In this document: positions 60,135 to 64,000 of the stretch, one piece after another
Layout: each line of letters opens with the position of its first letter
How positions within the stretch are numbered: position 1 is the stretch's first letter
Assembly: GCA_964270895.1 (NCBI GenBank)
Contig: OZ185448.1
DNA length: 64,000 nt
Origin: Podarcis filfolensis
Lineage: Eukaryota
Reading direction: 5' to 3' (one strand)
Translations under genes and position numbers: made by a program
The notes under the pieces: generated by a model
Database searches by the model: none
The model's input: the letters and a program-made list of their open reading frames with translations, nothing else
Told to the model about the DNA's origin: nothing

Positions 60135-60690
60135 ACATAGGAAGCTTCTTCATCCTGAGTCATAAGGGACATGGGTGGCGCTGTGGTCTAAACCACAGAG
60201 CCTAGGGCTTGCCGATCAGAAGGTCGGCGGTTCAAATCCCTGCGATGGGGTGAGCTCCCGTTGTTCAGTCCCAGCTCCTGCCCACCTAACAGTTCGAAAG
60301 CACATCAAAGTGCAAGTAGATAAATAGGTACCACTCCGGCAGGAAGGTAAACGGCGTTTCTGTGCACTGCTCTGGTTCGCCAGAAGCAGCTTAGTCATGC
60401 TGGCCACATGACCCGGAAGCTGTACGCCGGCTCCCTCGGCCAATAAAGCGAGATGAGCGCCGCAACCCCAGAGTCGTCCGCGACTGGACCTAATGGTCAG
60501 GGTCCCTTTACCTTTACCTTTATCCTGAGTCAGGCCATTTGTTCATTTAGCTCAGTATTGCCTTCACTGGCTGGCAGTAGCTCTCCAGGATTTCAGAAAG
60601 GGATTCTCTCAACTCGGAGATGCTAGGGGTTGAACCTGGGACCTTCAATGTACAAAGCAGATGTTCTGCCACTGAGCTACAGCCCTTTCC
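60135..60690 (-). mobile_element. tRNA-Ala-derived SINE interrupted by a Sauria SINE
   Basis: Tail GAACATAGGAAGCT at 60133, body resumes at 60522, head CCACTGAGCTACAGCCC at 60670-60686. Confidence 0.85.
60166..60521 (+). mobile_element. Sauria SINE, full length
   Basis: 11-bp TSD ATCCTGAGTCA at 60152-60162 and 60522-60532. Confidence 0.96.
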
Positions 60691-61089
60691 CAAACAGATC
60701 CAGATAATCCACATCACCAGGGAAACATTAAGACTTTATTCCAGTAACAGAATATTAGAGATGGAAAAATGAAAACTATCTGTGCTGGTGATCTAAAGTA
60801 CAGGAGTAGAAAATCTAAGCTTCATTGAATATTGAGAGTAGATATGTGTTAACCTTAAATGACTTCCAAACGTTGAGTGTTAGTTAAAAGAAAAGAAAAG
60901 AAAAAATCTTTTGAGAGGAAGAAATTCTAAGTTTTAAAAAAAACTGCCCGCTGGGTCAGAGAAACACATGCTCATTCAGCTGAGGATATTAAGCCTCACT
61001 CAATTGTGCTTTAGATGCAGGAGGGAATGTGGAAATGAGCTTCTAAAAATGCAAATTTTTATGCCCGTAAATGAAACGTAAAGAGGTAA

Positions 61090-61520
61090 TGATCAAGGGG
61101 ATGGGGCAACTCCACTATGAAGAATGGTTACAGCATTTGGAACTTTTGGTTTAGAGAAAAAGCAAGTAAGAGGAGACATGATAGAGATTTATAAAATTAT
61201 ACGTGGCATTGAGAAAACGGCCAGAGTAAAGTTTTTCTCCCTCTCCCATAACAGTGGAACTTGTGGACACTGGATGAAGCTGAATGTTGGAAGATTCAAG
61301 GCTGATAAAAGAAAGTCCTTCTTCACACAACACATAAATAAACTATGGAACCTGCTCCCACAGGAGATAGTGATGACCAACAATCTAGAAGGCTTGAAAA
61401 GAGGACTAGAAAATTCATGAAGGACAAAGCTAGCAGTGGCTACTAGACATGATGGCCATGCTCTGCCTCCAAATGCTTCTGAATACCAGTTGCTTTAAAC
61501 CACAGGAGGGGAGAGGGCTC
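61090..61520 (+). mobile_element. CR1 LINE ORF2 C-terminus plus 3' UTR
   Basis: FGLEKKQVRGDMIEIYKII..GHWMKL..FKADKRKSFFTQ..LWNLLPQEIV..LKRGL is a classic CR1 RT C-terminus. Confidence 0.93.
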
Positions 61521-62204
61521 ATTGAAGTTAATGACCGTGACAAATCAGGTTTATTAATATCAAAAGCTCTACTGTGAGTAAAAGTTAGCTTTAATACAAC
61601 CCTATGTTCAACAGTGGTTTCCAAATGTTGTTGGGATTTGGCCTACAGCTGCAAGCTCCCCATAACCTGATTCTTCTACACCCAAAGCATCAAGATATCA
61701 CCACCTCACTATCATACACTGAACCAAAGCCCTGCTTCCACATGTGCAGATTCTAGAAAGCCCGAGGTCTGCTTATGCCACCTGCTGAAGCCTCTAAAGG
61801 GCCAGTGTCATGGCTGCCTATAAGCTGAGCAGGACAGGACCCAATAAAGTGGCTCTAGATTTTGGTGGGGGCTTTTTCAAAGGGAAGCTGGCCTGGGTTT
61901 TGACTAGTGAAGCAAAGCTCCTCCAGTGATGAGCAAAAACACCATTCCTTTTCCATTTTGATTCAGAACTGGGGGCAGCAAATGGAGCTATTTTTGTACT
62001 CCAAACTTTTTTTAAAAAGTTTGATGAATTCCTAGCCAAATTTCAATCACATTTCACACTCAGTGGTATTACTGTGGCCACTAGGGGATCCCTGAGCTCC
62101 TCTCACCAGGAGTCCTCAAAACTCCCTTACTGTTTCGCTTCAGTTGCTGTGAACAGGGAAGCTGTGGTTGTTTTAGCAATGGGAAGGAGGGGAGGGTGTC
62201 TTCC

Positions 62205-62310
62205 ATTTCTCCATGACCCATCTCTTCTCCTTCCTCCTCTTCCTCCTCTTCTTCTTCCTCTCCTCTTCCTCCTCTCTCTCTCTCTTTCCCCTTCTCACTC
62301 TTCTCCTTCT
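62205..62310. repeat. Low-complexity polypyrimidine (CT/CCT/CTT) tract
   Basis: About 100 nt almost only C/T. Confidence 0.9.
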
Positions 62311-63774
62311 CGTGCTTGCAGCATTGCTACAGCAGATCCCAGAAGCAAGGGATTTTCCTAGGGCACCTCAGTGCCACCAGAGAAACATCTAAGGCAGTGT
62401 TTTCTGGACTCCGGGGAAGGAAGGGGAGGGAAAAGAAGACATTTCCCTCTCACCCCACGCAGCAGAAGCCAGGATTGTGAGTTGGTGGGCGTGGGGGCAG
62501 GGGAACAATTCTCCTGCCAAAATTACAAATTGGGAGGTTGTCCCTACTCCAAATTTTCTGAAATGGTCTGCCACAATCACCAAGGACTGTTTTGCTGGCT
62601 TAATCAATGGTAAAACCCAGACTCCTTGACACCTCAGCCTAACTCAGGAAAGCAACTCTTAAGACTGTACTCTTACTCTAAATTACACTACCGGGACCGG
62701 AGGGGTGGGGGGAGTACTATAGCCAAGACATTTTTACAAGTACAAAGTTGCTCTTAGGTTATTCCAAGCATTCACTGATAACTGACTGACAAATTAATTC
62801 TTTGCAAGTATCTTTTGACGTGATTCATTTCCAGTTCTTGGGTGCCAATGCAAATCAGCCGATGAGATCCTCTGTTATCAGGGCTGGCTTTTCATGCCTC
62901 TGACTCAAATCTTCTGTCTTCCTGACCTTGTGAATTGCTATGTGTAATACTCCCTGACGGTTGCCAGATTGCTCACTAATGTAATAACTAAAGCCCTGAA
63001 CAGCAGAAATAACAGGTACTGCAATGTTCAGAACTTAATATACTTTGGTGACTTGCTGCTGTTTTGTTTTTTTAAAGTATCATGAACTCTCATATAATTG
63101 GTCCCTCATGGTCCTCTGGGGCAATCTCCTAAAGAAGATGAGCAGGCAAGGCTGAGACAGTCCCCTCTTTGTGCTACGCATACTCTCGCAGCAGCAGAGA
63201 AGTGGTCCATGGTGACTTGCACCCACTGCGACTGGTTGGGTGGAAGGCAGGGAGCCCAACTAGCCACAGGTAGAGTCTGATCCAATGATAGACAGGGACA
63301 GACCCAAGAACAGGTGGTGCCAACTAATTCTAATTTTGTCCCCCATCTTGGTAGCTGCTTAGTTCTGGTTGAGACTGAGGAGGAGAAACCAGACAGCCAT
63401 GGCCACCCCTTCGGCTGGTTGAAAGTAAGAAGGCTGGCAAGAAGGGGCTGGCTGAGGACAGATTGCCCCAGTCACCCAGGTGGACCAGCCTCCAGTGGAA
63501 GTGTCCAATGAACACTCTGAAATTTCAAGACAAGAATAAGGCCAGAGCAGGGGGTGCCAATAGGGTTGCCGCACCCACACATGTACACAGAGAGACCTTT
63601 CCTAGCATCCACAGGGTCCTCCCCTCACCCCACCCCCACTGAAATTAGGCTGTAAAGAATCAGTAAACCAGTTTCAGGTTGGTGACCTCTGAGCTTTGAA
63701 GATACCCACAGCAGATCAGGCCAGTATCTAGTCCTGTGGTGAAGGAACCTATGTCCCTCCATCTCCGTCTCCCA

Positions 63775-64000
63775 TCAGTACTCTTGGTGGAGTCTAATGA
63801 AGGCAGAATAGAGTGGTATTATTACTTCCCTTGATCTAGACACTAGACTTCTGTGGATGCATTAGTTTTGTTTTGTTTTACTACTGTTGACTCGTTTCAA
63901 GCTTGTGACCTACTAAGTCCCCTGGATCCTTTTCGTGTATTGCTGTCAAGCCAGGTGTCCCCATCCTATTTTTGTGCATCTGATTATTTCTGCCTAATAG
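63775..64000 (-). mobile_element. Old CR1 ORF2 fragment running off the window
   Basis: AAGGCAGAATAGAGTGG..ACTTCCCTTGATCT and CCCTGGATCCTTTTC..AAGCCAGGTGTCCCCCATCCT are reverse-strand CR1 motifs. Confidence 0.7.

Overview
This is vertebrate (eukaryotic) DNA, not microbial. The repeat content points to a lacertid lizard (Podarcis/Lacerta/Zootoca-like); that is inferred from the Sauria SINE subfamily. I could not identify a host protein-coding exon, functional RNA gene, CRISPR array or viral element. The window looks like a large intron or intergenic region dominated by transposable elements: 7 Sauria SINEs, about 18 tRNA-Ala-derived SINE copies, a tRNA-Ile/CR1-tail SINE, a Squam3-like CORE SINE, 7 Tigger/pogo-like MITEs, several hAT MITEs, fragments of CR1, L2, L1 and Rex1/Babar LINEs, and LTR-like pieces. 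Most long ORFs in the track are chance or TE-derived. The most notable items are (1) a 1.1-kb L1-like element that keeps both termini inside a perfect 19-bp target-site duplication (TSD), (2) a CpG-rich LTR-like segment bracketed by a 14-bp direct repeat, (3) a locally duplicated ~72-bp unit with a palindromic core, (4) a young Rex1 fragment nested in a hAT MITE, and (5) several unverified splice-site-flanked exon candidates on the + strand. I found no convincing evidence of a wholly new biological system. Family names come from recall of consensus motifs and were not checked against any database.
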